The notes under the pieces were generated by a model. That model did not search any database. It saw only the letters and a program-made list of their open reading frames with translations, and was not told the DNA's origin. The translations under genes and the position numbers were made by a program. A stretch of DNA of 63,233 bases, counting the filler, from Octopus bimaculoides (lineage: Eukaryota): NCBI RefSeq assembly GCF_001194135.2. It is 9 parts of 7 records of this genome, joined end to end, with 100 filler letters (N's around TTAATTAATTAA, not from the genome) between each part and the next. Parts side by side here need not be neighbours in the genome. Positions count along the whole stretch, not along the records: positions 35,239 to 43,879 come from NC_068993.1; positions 43,980 to 50,328 come from NC_069010.1; 7 more parts are not named here. One strand, given 5' to 3'. How positions within the stretch are numbered: position 1 is the stretch's first letter; every line of letters starts with the position of its first letter. This document shows, piece by piece, positions 36,261 through 49,754 of this stretch.

Positions 36261-37210
36261 TAGACCAATAGTTCAAGGTACCCCAAAAAACCGTATATCT
36301 CAGGAATCCGTCGTCCGATTTACGCGAAACTTCTGTGTGTATTCACATTTCAATGATACCTTACTTTTAAAGCATTTTCCCCATTATGCGCTGGTTTCGT
36401 TATTCATAAAGGTACCCGAAAAAAAACGCGTATCTCGGTAACTCGTGGTCTGATTTACGCAAAATTTGTTTTTCCCATTTGTCTCCACATGAGCATCCGA
36501 TTCATGACATCTCCTGCTTTTGTCCCTTTCCCTCTGTCTCGATCTCGGGTAAATATTTCGCAAAAGGCCTGTTCGTACAGGTTTTTTTTTTCGAGTGGAT
36601 TTGTTAAATGCACTCGAAATAAACCTATGAAAAAGTTATTTCACACCGAGGTTACGAACAGGTCTTTTACGAAATAATGACCGTGTTTTTTTAAGTGATT
36701 TTCACTTTCAAATATTTCTAAAATATCATCCCCGTCCACCATCACCACCACCAAATTTCTGTAATGGTATTCACTTGAAATATTTTTTTTAAAGTTTAAG
36801 GTATTGTCTGTTTAAAGAATGCTAAAATATAAATAATTAGTGTTCAAACAACTTACATTTTAGAAATCATATTCGCTTTAAAAATATTTCTAAATTATTA
36901 AAATATTGTGCTTAACAAAAGCGAAAATAGAGACATTTACTGTAAAAAACAACTCGTACTTTTTCGCTGGCAAGTTAAAATCACTAACGTATCTAACCGA
37001 AATGTTAAAGGTTAGAGTTTCTTGCCATTCGGGTTTATGTGATGTTCGGGGTATTTTCCCATTGCGCACCGTTTTGAGTATTTATACTCCCATAATCCCC
37101 AGTATCTCAACAACTACTCGTCCGGTTTACGCGTTTGTATACACATTTCAGGGGCACTTTACCTTCAAAGTATTTTCCCATTATGTGGTGATTTGGCTGT
37201 GTATCATTGC
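36260..37210. mobile_element. Unclassified repeat with reiterated internal modules (possible non-autonomous DNA transposon or Helitron-like element)
   Basis: Modules GTC(C/T)G(A/G)TTTACGC (x3) and (C/T)TTTTCCC(C)ATT (x4) recur at 36310-36480 and 37050-37190. Confidence 0.4.
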
Positions 37211-37700
37211 AAGCAAGCAGAATTGAAGTTCATTTTTAATAGCATATATATATATATATATATATATATCTTACACTGGCCCCTCCCCCAAAATGTTGTG
37301 CCTTGTGCCTAGAGTAGAAAAGAGTATATTTTCTATTTTATCCGCCGACGTCGACTTTGCCTTTCATTCTTTCGGGGTCGATAAATTAAGTACCAGTTGC
37401 GCACTGGAGTCGATCTAATCGACGGGCCCCCTCCCTAAAACCTTTTAGGCCTTACGCCTAGAGTAGAAAAGAATATTTTCGGCTCATCACAACAACTTCC
37501 CTTTAAGCAGAATACACCATTCAGAAAGTGTTTAATGCCGTTATTCCAGTTTCGTTAATCAGTAAAATATACTCAATATTCATCGCCGTTATGCTGGTTC
37601 GGCTGCTGTTGCTTTGTAGCCAGCGATAGAACTAGATCTGTTGCCTCTGCTACTGCTACTATAGTGGCCAATAGGCCTGGCATCGTGGACGACGGAAAAG

Positions 37701-37745
<45 letters not shown>

Positions 37746-37813
37746 NNNNNNNNNNAAAGATCAGAACAGAGATTTTCCACATCTATAATTTCATTACACA
37801 GTCATTTACAGCA

Positions 37814-37853
<40 letters not shown>

Positions 37854-39534
37854 TAAATATACACATATATATACATATATATATAGACATATATATATAT
37901 GTGTGTATATACATATATACACATACATACGCACATACATACGTGTGTATGAACATGTGTGCATGAGACTGTGCATGTCTGAGCTTGTGTATATGTTTGT
38001 GTGTTTGCTTGTTTGATGACCGTGTCTGCTTCTACGCGTGTTTGTTCTTGCTTCTATATGTGTCACACAAAACACCAGTTAAAACAAAAGCGATCTTGTG
38101 CCATATAGTACTTTACTCAACCGACATACTATATATGGAGCAATAAAATATGACGTTGCTTAAAATAATTGCCGAGACCGCTATGATCAATCAAAATAAT
38201 TTCGGAGTCTGCGCAACATCATGTCCGCTGTTCAATGACTAAATCCAGTTAATGAATACGCATTCAGTCACATCAATCGTATATCGAATTAAAGCATCCA
38301 TAACTGGCTTCTTGAAGTAAAAATTTGAAACAGATTTCTAATTTTGAAATTCTAGCCATACGAACAGATTTTATTTAAGACATATAAATGTTAAAAGTTA
38401 AAAAGACGAAGTTGACGGAAATGTAATAAGAAATGGTTTTATAAAATTGTAAAGAAATCTTAACAGAATGTAATTTTACACAAATGTTATGTTCAGACTG
38501 TTTATTCAGAAATCCACGCCTACACAAACAATACTTGGCCGCTAACGTATAAGTGCACATATAAAGTACTGTATCATTCGTGCAAGTGCACGTATGTAAC
38601 ACACAACATTCGTATTATCTCAATCATTTTGACTATATTGGCACACAGAATATCTCTGAACTTTCATATTTATTTAAATCCTTGGGCAGACAGATACAGA
38701 CGTGTGTGCGTGTGACTCTGCGTATGTGCGGGCGTGTGTGCGTGCGTGTGCGTGTGTGTGCGTGTGTGTGCGTGTGTGTGCGCGTGTGTGCGTTTGTGTT
38801 AGAGAGCATGTGTATATTTAGTATGAATGATAGGTTAACGATGAGCGTATGTAAATGTAAACGGATAGATGAATATATACATATATGTGTATGTATATAT
38901 AAATATATGTATATATANNNNNNNNNNNNNNNNNNNNNNNNNNNNNNNNNNNNNNNNNNNNNNNNNNNNNNNNNNNNNNNNNNNNNNNNNNNNNNNNNNN
39001 NNNNNNNNNNNNNNNNNNNNNNNNNNNNNNNNNNNNNNNNNNNNNNNNNNNNNNNNNNNNNNNNNNNNNNNNNNNNNNNNNNNNNNNNNNNNNNNNNNNN
39101 NNNNNNNNNNNNNNNNNNNNNNNNNNNNNNNNATATATATATACAGAGAAAGAGAAAGAGAGAGAGAGAGAGAGCGAAATGAATAGATAACCAAACAGAG
39201 AAACAATGGAAGAAATGCAGTCAGGTGTAGCTGTGTAGTAAGAATTTTGCGAACAACATGGTTCGTGGGTCAATCCTACTGCGCGGCAGCTTGGCCAAGT
39301 ATGTTCTATTAAAGCTCCGGGTCAACCGACGCCTTGTGAATGGGTTTGGTAGACAATCAACAAGGCATTAAAGAATGCTGTCCTAGAGATACTATGTTCA
39401 AAATAAACACAAGATGATAAAATCTGGAACACCATTTCAACATTTTATACACCTTTGGTTGATTCAAGACTTATATCATGAAGCTAGACAAAACAAAATT
39501 TAAGCCTACCCCTGAGATAGATACACATAGATAC

Positions 39535-39692
39535 CAGTGGCGTATGGTATACTGCCACACCCAATATCACGAAATTTCAAGCAAGAGTTTCTATAAAGTT
39601 TTCCATTAAGTAAGGTTAGTATTTATAATGAATTTACCATTTTCGACGGGTGAGCAGCGCACACCTAGTACACCCGGAATATATGCCCCTGA
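39535..39692. mobile_element. Possible short MITE
   Basis: Left end CAGTGGCGTAT, right end ATATGCCCCTG (reverse complement CAGGGGCATAT), flanked by TA-rich sequence. Confidence 0.35.
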
Positions 39693-40336
39693 TATATACA
39701 TGTTCCAGAGTGAGAATATGAGAATATAGGGTTGGTATTTATAGTCATGCTTTTACCAAAAAGCAGACAGTGGAAATTGTAAATGACATTAACTGGGATT
39801 AAGAAACCGAAACTCTAATTTGAAATATCCCATAGAACATTTCGTATATTTGATCATCTAACTAAATAAAGTCAGAAATAATTATGTAATAAATGATTTA
39901 TTTAGTCTCAGAGAAACTATCAGCGAAACGCCATTATAGAAGCGAAAGCACTCAGACGTCAGACACAGTGGATCTGGGGAAAACTAAATTATTATTTCTT
40001 AAAGCCACTACAAAAGCATTTGAAAGAATATGGGTTACGTTTTCTTGAGACTGACTTCAAAGGTGATTGATGTCTGGCTAGAAAGTTCAAAGACAACAAT
40101 AATCACAGCATTATCATCTGAGAACTACAAACGGTAGACGAATATATTTAATAAAGGATAATTTCTGAAAAAAAAAAATAGAAAAAGAAAAAAGATTAAT
40201 ATCTCGAGACAGAAAGACGGATCGATTTTTAAATACAGCGTTTTCGTTAAAGAAATAATATTTTCCTATGACACACACGCATGCGTACGCACTCACCCTC
40301 ATACATACACACCATATACATACATACATACATACA

Positions 40337-40372
<36 letters not shown>

Positions 40373-40489
40373 TATATAAATATATGTATATATATANNNN
40401 NNNNNNNNNNNNNNNNNNNNNNNNNNNNNNNNNNNNNNNNNNNNNNNNNNNNNNNNNNNNNNNNNTATATATATGTATATTTAAAGCCG

Positions 40490-40652
40490 CAGGCATGGCT
40501 ATGTGGTAAGAAACTTGATTCCCAGCAACATGGTTCTGGGTTCAGTCCCACTGCATAGCACCTTGGGCAATTGTATTCTATAGCCACAGACCGAAGAAAG
40601 TCTTGTGAGAGAATTTGGTTGATAAAAACTGAAAGAATCACGTCGTATATGT

Positions 40653-40736
<84 letters not shown>

Positions 40737-40870
40737 TACTTATAGGTGTGTGTGTGCGTGTGTCTGTGTTTGTATTTAATCTCCGCTCCATCGCTTAACG
40801 ACCGGTATTGGTGTGTGTGCTTACATAACTGGACGGTTAGGCAAAGAAAGACCGATAGAATAAGTACAAG
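40490..40870 (+). mobile_element. Composite SINE: tRNA-like head, internal microsatellite, tail module
   Basis: GGCATGGCTATGTGGTAAG..GGGTTCAGTCCC head; (CT)n(TA)n(TG)n spacer; GACCGATAGAATAAGTAC tail; same architecture as 26225-26530. Confidence 0.75.
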
Positions 40871-41009
40871 GCGATTTGTTCCATTAAAATAGATGTATAT
40901 ATGTATGTATATGCATATATATTATATGGAGGCATGTATATATAACAAGCAAATTAGTTAGTTAAAAAAACTCTATAAGAATCGAAGGCAGTAACTATAG
41001 TGACAATTA

Positions 41010-41680
41010 AATATGGCTGTTTCGTAGGGACCGACGTTATTGCTATTTTTAGCAATCGGCTGCAGAAGGACGCCTCGTCCTTCTGGGGTTAAAAATTTTC
41101 ATTTTCGTCCGAATCTTTTCCAACTTGGCAGAATATAAACATTTTTAACTAATCATAGCTTTTTTTATTCCTCTCTTCAGAACTTCATATCTCTTTTTTC
41201 TCTGCGATTCTGCTGTCTTTAGGGCATGCGATGCATATGATCAGGCACATTTTTCCTCCCATGTCTGCCGGCACAATATCGGATATCCAGTCTTCGATTC
41301 CGTGAATACATTAGATCCATGATGTCCATAAATATCTTTGCTCTGTCGTTTTCGACCACAACTTTTGGCTCAGGTTCATCCCATTTCTCGCCTTTTCCAA
41401 TCCATATTTGTTACATAGATCCTAGTGAAAGTTATACTTGTATACCCTCTGAACAAATTGGCTGCATTCGCTAAAGATATGTCATATGTCTCACCAGATT
41501 CACAACACATTTTGTGTTTGTCAGATTCTGAGAAATGGTCAATTTTATGCTTCATGTAATTTATTCTCAAGGCTTGCTCCATTGCTGTGCATATCAAGGT
41601 CTCATTTTCAAGTTTCTGGTCGTATTTTTCTAACCACACCCGTATTTATCTGGATTGGGAAAGCGAGAAAACGGTGTGAG
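41010..41680 (-). mobile_element. Degenerate R4/Dong-type LINE C-terminus (CCHC knuckle and restriction-like endonuclease)
   Basis: ENETLICTAMEQALRINYMKHKIDHFSESDKHKMCCESGET then WDEPEPKVVVENDRAKIF..RNRRLDI, matching the EQALRTNY..CRxC..ET..H and RPD motifs of RLE-encoding LINEs. Confidence 0.7.
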
Positions 41681-43133
41681 AGTGAGCCAAAAGGTGTGAT
41701 GTACAGCGGCAGAACAAAGAAAATTTGGGATTTTATGCTCTAATATGATCAAGAAATCGATACGATATGATGAACCAATACCGTGTCAGTGAACTTGTTT
41801 GATGGTAACTGTGTCGAAGCCCGTTTATTTCTGTTTACACGCTGAGTCTTTGATCAAGACTTTATTCCACGTTGTTTCAGGTCACTCTTCTGACAAAAAC
41901 GAGCTGTACGTGTTATTCAAATTGACAGCCTTACCAATCGAGAAATTAACGCTTACCCGATGAAATTGAACTTTCATCCTCGTAACCGACGGAGAGCCAG
42001 TTAGTTTTATACATACATACATACATACATATATACATACATGCATATATGCGTACATACGTATGCATGTATGAATTTATGTATTTATGTATATATATAT
42101 ATATATNNNNNNNNNNNNNNNNNNNNNNNNNNNNNNNNNNNNNNNNNNNNNNNNNNNNNNNNNNNNNNNNNNNNNNNNNNNNNNNNNNNNNNNNNNNNNN
42201 NNNNNNNNNNNNNNNNNNNNNNNNNNNNNNNNNNNNNNNNNNNNNNNNNNNNNNNNNNNNNNNNNNNNNNNNNNNNNNNNNNNNNNNNNNNNNNNNNNNN
42301 NNNNNNNNNNNNNNNNNNNNNNNNNNNNNNNNNNNNNNNNNNNNNNNNNNNNNNNNNNNNNNNNNNNNNNNNNNNNNNNNNNNNNNNNNNNNNNNNNNNN
42401 NNNNNNNNNNNNNNNNNNNNNNNNNNNNNNNNNNNNNNNNNNNNNNNNNNNNNNNNNNNNNNNNNNNNNNNNNNNNNNNNNNNNNNNNNNNNNNNNNNNN
42501 NNNNNNNNNNNNNNNNNNNNNNNNNNNNNNNNNNNNNNNNNNNNNNNNNNNNNNNNNNNNNNNNNNNNNNNNNNNNNTATATATATATGCATGTATATAT
42601 GTATATATACATATCTGCATACGTGCTTCCAGATACACACACACACACACACATACACACATACGTTTATCTTTCACGTTGTGCGTGATATTTGAAAGAA
42701 TATATTTATTTTATTTTTTAAAAGCACGAATCGAACTGTACTTATTCTTTTGTCATCAAACAATGAATTTGAGGTTATCATCAATGTCAAGATTTCTGCA
42801 ACCTTTTTACTATTATTGTTCTTCATTTTTCATTGTTGTAAGGGGTTATTTTGTTTGCAGTAACGAAAGGTTCATTACGTAGGTGGATATATAAATTGCC
42901 TAGCAACATCCGTTTGCAAATTCGTCATAAATTTTTATACATCTTTATTAATATATACATTCAAGTATACAAACAAACAAACACACGTAAAGATTTGATG
43001 CTATATGTTAATGTTTGCATCGATATATACAAGCAAGTGTATAATTATCTGTATACCTCTGTGTTTTTATATATGCATACATGCATACATATATATATGT
43101 ATATATGTATGTATATATATATATATATTTATA

Positions 43134-43221
<88 letters not shown>

Positions 43222-43358
43222 CATGTATCTATATACATACATTTATACGTATACATATATGTATATATATATATCTATGCATTTCTATGCATCTATATAT
43301 ATGTGTGTATATATATAACTTTACACATACACATATATACATATACATACATATATAC

Positions 43359-43393
<35 letters not shown>

Positions 43394-43411
43394 TGCATTA
43401 TNNNNNNNNNN

Positions 43412-43466
<55 letters not shown>

Positions 43467-43832
43467 ATGCGCAAGTGTATATGTCTATCTATCTGTTTAT
43501 TTATATAAATACACAAACACACACACACACATATAACATATCGGTATGACAATATACATGGGAATATATCTATTCGTATATTTTGTAGATTTGTCGTTTA
43601 TTTATTTATTTTTTTTACATATATATATTTTCGAAAATGCTTATTGAAATATACAATGGCATACCAATCAATAATTTTATTGAGAAACGAATTCACTGTA
43701 AAATGTTTCAACAGACGAATATTAAATAGAACAAACATGGCAGAAAATATAGGAATACATGTCTTAATATCTTAAAAGGTGATATCGAATGAAAAATACC
43801 TACAAGGACGAAGACCTACAAGGTATACAAAT

Positions 43833-43879
<47 letters not shown>

Positions 43880-44035
43880 NNNNNNNNNNNNNNNNNNNNN
43901 NNNNNNNNNNNNNNNNNNNNNNNTTAATTAATTAANNNNNNNNNNNNNNNNNNNNNNNNNNNNNNNNNNNNNNNNNNNNCCCGTTTCGCTATTATTATTA
44001 TTATTATTATTATATGTTTATTTACATTTTTTCAG

Positions 44036-44122
44036 ATTGCAAACGTCCTGTATCTGGAGGCCCCGGCAGGAGTTGGTTTCTCTTATTCAGACGATAAAAA
44101 TTACACCACTGATGATGACCAG
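44036..44122 (+). CDS. CTSA: Cathepsin A (lysosomal protective protein, peptidase S10) internal exon
   Basis: tttttcag|...CAG|gtttat; 87 nt, phase 0 to 0; [29 protein letters not shown], nearly identical to the vertebrate CTSA segment as recalled. Confidence 0.95.
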
Positions 44123-44144
44123 GTTTATATATTTGTAATATTGG

Positions 44145-44188
<44 letters not shown>

Positions 44189-44610
44189 AAATTGTTGGCT
44201 TTATGTGTACGTTATAATGAAGAATTTAGGAAAAATACTTTGTCACTATTAAGCTGGTGTTTTGAACATGAATTAACATGAAAATTTGACGATCGTTTTG
44301 AATCAGACCACTTTTAATCAAGAAGTTTGTAGCCAAAGAGCCAGCGGAGAGGCTCATTTCTACAGCTAAGTAAACTGGAGCAACTTGAAATAAAGTGTCT
44401 TGCTCAAGAACACAACACACAGCCCGGTCCAGCAATCGAACTCACTACCGCACGATTGTAAGCTCAACACTCTTACAGAGCCATGTGTCTTTATACAAAC
44501 CTATTTTATGTCCCAAGCTTGTTATACTAGCTTGTTATACTTGTGTGGAGTTTTAAAATCCATTCTCAATGATTCTTCACTCATACCTCTCCTGTCTCTG
44601 TTATTTCCAG

Positions 44611-44766
44611 ACTTCTCTGAACAATCTTGCTGCCCTGAAAAGTTTCTTCAAGAAATTCCCAGAGTATAATGGTCGGGAGTTTTTCGTCACAGGTGAAAGC
44701 TATGGTGGTATCTATGTTCCTACGCTCTCTGAACGTCTGCTTGGTGAGCCCAGCATCAACTTCCAG
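44611..44766 (+). CDS. CTSA: Cathepsin A exon carrying the catalytic Ser
   Basis: tatttccag|...CAG|gtgact; 156 nt, phase 0 to 0; TSLNNLAALKSFFKKFPEYNGREFFVTGESYGGIYVPTLSERLLGEPSINFQ; GESYGG at 44692-44709. Confidence 0.95.
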
Positions 44767-45834
44767 GTGACTACTTTGTTACCATTGTATTGGGTCATCC
44801 CATAAACCCCTCCCATAAATAATCTGTATTTTTTATACTTCTTTTATTTTTCAAAATTAAGATAAACAAAGTTCTTTTTTAATCTAAAATATACTCTCCT
44901 TCATTTTCTACAATGCTCTTCCATCTATCTGGTAGAATTGCAAGGCCCCTCTTCCAAAAGTCACTTGTCCATCACGAAAAATACTCCTCCAGTACTGTTC
45001 TGACCTCATCTACACAATTCATATTTTTTCCATCCAAATGATTTTGAAGACTGTGGAATAAATGATAATCAGATGGGGTAATATCTGGAGAGCTATGATG
45101 GGTGTGGCATTGTTTCCCATTCAAACTGCTCCAGCCTTTGGAATATCATCCTCACCGTATGTGGCCGCACCGTATTATCCTGATGGAAGAACACCTTTTG
45201 TCTTGAAACCAAAGATGGTCGTTCTTCTTCTAGCGCTGACTTGAATGACCAAATCCAAGCTTCTCTGCTTGTTCCTCAACAGTTATGGTAGGATTTTGTT
45301 CCACTAGGGTTTGCAGGACATCCTCGTCAAGCTCTATAGATCTTCAAGGATGAGGCTTGTCTTCTAGGCTGTAGTTTTCTGGCTCGGAATTTCTGGAACC
45401 ACCGTTAACACTGGCTTACACTTATTGTCCAGTCCCCATCTACAGCATTTATATTCCACGCACTTTCCATTACATTGTTGCCTTTATTGAACTCATAAAG
45501 CAGTTCTGTTTTAAGGACGATGAACAAAACACCCATGCTTCCAAAGGTGAATTATTCAAACCCCAAAGAATTCCTCTCAACACATGGCTATGATGCTCCC
45601 CCACTACTCCTGCTCATGATCAGAGATGCACATATCGTCAGCCACCAAGGGACATGCTCAACTAGTTAAGATCAAACAACTGACAAGCGAACCTGTGGTA
45701 CTGAGCAGAATATTTGCTGTATATTTGTTGCGCACTGGGGTCGATGTAATCGACTTAACCCCTCCCTCCAAAATTTCAGGCCTTGTGCCTATAGTAGAAA
45801 GTATTATTATTATCATTATTATTATCATTATTAT

Positions 45835-46000
45835 TACACTCTCAGAGTGGTTGGCGTTAGGAAGGGCATCCAGCTGTAGAAACTCTGCCAAATCAGATTG
45901 GAGCCTGGTGTTGCCATCCGGTTTCACCAGTCCTCAGTCAAATCGTCCAACCCATGCTAGCATGGAAAGCGGACGTTAAACGATGATGATGATGATGATG
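45835..46000 (+). mobile_element. (GAT)n-tailed SINE inserted just upstream of a CTSA exon
   Basis: Family match to 6388-6735. Confidence 0.85.
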
Positions 46001-46031
46001 ATTATAATTATTGTTATTATTTCATTTACAG

Positions 46032-46123
46032 GGTTTTGCTGTTGGCAATGGATTGAGTGATTACAATATCAACACTGCTTCAGTTTTGTATTTTGGATAT
46101 TACCATGGCCTGTATGGCTCAAA
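46032..46123 (+). CDS. CTSA: Cathepsin A exon
   Basis: catttacag|...AA|gtaagt; 92 nt, phase 0 to 2; [30 protein letters not shown](K). Confidence 0.95.
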
Positions 46124-46529
46124 GTAAGTGTGGTCTCCAAGACTGTAGGTGTTTATAGTGCAGTATTTAGTTATGTTACACACCAATACCGAATAGTATT
46201 ACCATAATTGGTAGAGAGCAAGGAGACGATTTGTTCACAAAAGTGACAACAACAACAACACTCCTCATAGCTAACAGCTTTCGTAGTGCAGAACTCTAAA
46301 CAAACACACACACACAATATGTACAACTGGCATCATCCAGTTTTTGTCGACCAAATCCATTCTCGAGGCTCTATTCTATATACTGTCTATATTCAAAGCC
46401 ACCATTGCCGTCTCTATACAATAGAGTACCGCTTCTTTTAACAATCTTTACCGCTCTATATTGAACAATATATTTTCAATGCCCTTTTCATTTCTATTGT
46501 CTATACTCTACTATATTCACCTCTATACT

Positions 46530-46878
46530 ATATGCCGTCCGTTGCCAGTACCGCCTGACTGGCCTTTGTAGGATTTTCGAGCGAGATCGTTGCCAGTGCC
46601 CCTGGACTGGCTCTTGTGCGGGTGGCACGTAAAATACACCATTTCGAGCGTGGCCGTTGCCAGTACCGCCTGACTGGCCTTCATGCGGGTGACACGTAAA
46701 AGCACCCACTACACTCTCGGAGTGGTTGGCGTTAGGAAGGGCATCCAGCTGTAGAAACTCTGCCAAATCAGATTGGAGCCTGGTGTAGCCATCCGGTTTC
46801 ACCAGTCCTTAGTCAAATCGTCCAACCCATGCTAGCATGGAAAGCGGACGTTAAACGATGATGATGATGATGATGATT
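46530..46878 (+). mobile_element. (GAT)n-tailed SINE, longer copy with internal GCCAGTACCGCCTGACTGG repeats
   Basis: Family match to 6388-6735 and 54563-54990. Confidence 0.85.
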
Positions 46879-47629
46879 CAAGGCCACCATCTCACCTCTA
46901 TACTATATAGTGCCTTTCTTTNNNNNNNNNNNNNNNNNNNNNNNNNNNNNNNNNNNNNNNNNNNNNNNNNNNNNNNNNNNNNNNNNNNNNNNNNNNNNNN
47001 NNNNNNNNNNNNNNNNNNNNNNNNNNNNNNNNNNNNNNNNNNNNNNNNNNNNNNNNNNNNNNNNNNNNNNNNNNNNNNNNNNNNNNNNNNNNNNNNNNNN
47101 NNNNNNNNNNNNNNNNNNNNNNNNNNNNNNNNNNNNNNNNNNNNNNNNNNNNNNNNNNNNNNNNNNNNNNNNNNNNNNNNNNNNNNNNNNNNNNNNNNNN
47201 NNNNNNNNNNNNNNNNNNNNNNNNNNNNNNNNNNNNNNNNNNNNNNNNNNNNNNNNNNNNNNNNNNNNNNNNNNNNNNNNNNNNNNNNNNNNNNNNNNNN
47301 NNNNNNNNNNNNNNNNNNNNNNNNNNNNNNNNNNNNNNNNNNNNNNNNNNNNNNNNNNNNNNNNNNNNNNNNNNNNNNNNNNNNNNNNNNNNNNNNNNNN
47401 NNNNNNNNNNNNNNNNNNNNNNNNNNNNNNNNNNNNNNNNNNNNNNNNNNNNNNNNNNNNNNNNNNNNNNNNNNNNNNNNNNNNNNNNNNNNNNNNNNNN
47501 NNNNNNNNNNNNNNNNNNNNNNNNNNNNNNNNNNNNNNNNNNNNNNNNNNNNNNAATTCTTTGTTATATTTAAAGTAATTGAAAGAAACACAGAGCATCT
47601 TAAAATAAACACAGTAACGAAAGGGTTAA

Positions 47630-47853
47630 GCATTTAAACCAACCATATCGGGGCCCAAATATTCTACCTTGCTTTATGTTCAAACTGGCCAGATCTGGTC
47701 TCTCTCACACTTACCCTACAATGTCATTTTAAAGATAAGCAGTCGCGTCGTCAAAACCCCGGAGCTACACGACACCCCTGCATGATTCATTCAGAACAGT
47801 GTGAATAAATAAGCATTACATTTGACAAAGCAATCTGAAAGCTAAAAGAATAA
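47630..47853. mobile_element. TTAA-type (piggyBac-like) MITE, degenerate ends
   Basis: Reverse-complement homolog of the element at 55608-56147. Confidence 0.65.
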
Positions 47854-47873
47854 ACTATGTCTGTCCTCCACAG

Positions 47874-47964
47874 GCTCTATGCTAACCTGCTGACGTCTTG
47901 CTGTGGGTCCAACGCCACTGTGTGTTATGTTGAGAAATTTCCATCTCCTCAGTGTAATTTCTAT
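47874..47964 (+). CDS. CTSA: Cathepsin A exon
   Basis: cctccacag|...TAT|gtaagt; 91 nt, phase 2 to 0; LYANLLTSCCGSNATVCYVEKFPSPQCNFY retains the CC...C...C pattern. Confidence 0.9.
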
Positions 47965-48108
47965 GTAAGTTACTTTTATCACATTTCCTTCATATATGCT
48001 TGTCTGTTTGTCTCTGTCTGTCTGTCTTTGTGTGTTCCTCTCTCTCTCTCTCTCTTTCTCTGTGTATACATATATTGATATAGATGTTGTGTATATGTGT
48101 GTGTGTCA

Positions 48109-48362
48109 TGGAGGCGCAATGGCCCAGTGGTTAGGGCAGCGGATTCGCAGTCATAGGATCGCAGTTTCGATTCCCAGACCGGTGGGGTGTTGTGAGTGTT
48201 CATTGAGCGAAAACACCTAAAGCTCCACAAGGCTCCGGCAGGGGATGGTGGTGAACCCTGCTGTACTCTTTCACCACAACTTTCTCTCACTCTTTCTTCC
48301 TGTTTCTGTTTGTGCCTGTAATTAAATGGGTCAGTCTTGTCACACACTGTGTCACGCTGAAT
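48109..48362 (+). mobile_element. 3'-truncated tRNA-headed SINE abutting a CTSA acceptor site
   Basis: Matches the first ~250 nt of 24582-24967; A and B boxes present. Confidence 0.88.
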
Positions 48363-48388
48363 TTTTTTTTCTCTCTCTTTCTCTGTAG

Positions 48389-48544
48389 GCAGGAAAAGCC
48401 CTCAATTCAATTTATGCCTCTGATCTCAACATGTACAATCTGTATGCTAAATGTGAAAATACCAAAACACCCGAAGGCTTTATACAATACCATGACATGG
48501 GTAACTCCTTCCGCAACTTCCCGCAGTTTATCAAACAACGGCAG
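48389..48544 (+). CDS. CTSA: Cathepsin A exon
   Basis: ctctgtag|...CAG|gtaata; 156 nt, phase 0 to 0; AGKALNSIYASDLNMYNLYAKCENTKTPEGFIQYHDMGNSFRNFPQFIKQRQ (LNxYNLYxxC and DxGN motifs). Confidence 0.92.
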
Positions 48545-48839
48545 GTAATACGGTACTTCTTTGACTCTTTCACTTTTTGACTCTTTGACTCATGGTCTGT
48601 CGTTATTAGGAAAAGAGATGGCAGGGCAGAAAATTGCTCTGCAATCTCTTCGACACCTAACGCCTGGCACACCGTGCATCTGTTCAGACAACATCAATTT
48701 GATGATGGGACTGAGCTAATGTCCAACACATATATTTGATCACTATAAACATATCAATCATGCAGGTTGTTCGGCAAAAACTGAACACTTATACATCATC
48801 TTTGATGGGAGAGTCCATTATTATTATTTATGTTATTAT

Positions 48840-49382
48840 TCGCATGCCATCAAAATGACACTGAGGTACAAATATGCAAAGCCCAGTATACCCAACATGA
48901 CTACTTGTTTGATAAGGGTACGCCACGCACCTGCATCACAACCATATGTGTGCGACATGGTGATCTCATCTCAAGATAAACAACACATGACCTCGCAGGT
49001 GGGGCCCAGTGAGAATTTTCTTCAGGTTGAGCAGCCCATCCTGCTCAAAAGGTCCCCGAATAAGGTTTGTTTTAAGGTTGTTGAACAAAACATCCATGTT
49101 TCCAAAGGTGAATTATCCAAACCCCAAAGAATTCCTCTCAACACATGGCTATGATGCTTCCCCACTACTTCTGCTCATGATCAGAGATGCACATATCGTC
49201 AGCCAGTAAGGGACATGCTCAACTGGTTAAGGTCAAACAACTGACAAGCAAATCTGTGGTATTGAGCAGAATATTTGCTGTAGCCCATCTTTTATACCAA
49301 GACAACACAATGTACATGATAACACTTCCAATCAGTTAAGATCAGAAGCCATGAGAGCCACTGCCTGCTACTGCATCCAGGC

Positions 49383-49415
<33 letters not shown>

Positions 49416-49650
49416 CATCATTATTATTATTATTATTAAGGTAGCGAGCTGGCAGGATCGTTAGCACGCTAGGTAAAATGCTTAGTGGTATTTCGTGTGC
49501 TGCTACGTTCTAAGTTCAAATTCCACCAAGGTCAACTTTGTCTTTCATCCGTTCGCGGTCAATAAATTAAGTACCAGTGAAACACTGGGGTTAATGTAAT
49601 TGACTCATCCCCTCCCCTAAAATGGCTGCCTTTGTGCGAAAATTTGGAAC
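48840..49650. mobile_element. Second copy of the 540-bp repeat (48840-49385) followed by a Deu/Nin-like SINE (49438-49650)
   Basis: Family matches to 17651-18200 and 1377-1600. Confidence 0.8.
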
Positions 49651-49754
49651 CATTATTATTATTACAACTACTATTATTATTATTATTATTATTATTATTA
49701 CAAGATCCTTATTGCATTAGATATTAACATTATTATTGTTGTCTCTCTTCTCAG

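Noticed and set aside
37573-37700. MLVRLLLLCSQR as the CTSA signal-peptide exon
   Set aside because: In-frame TAG after 12 codons and no suitable donor.
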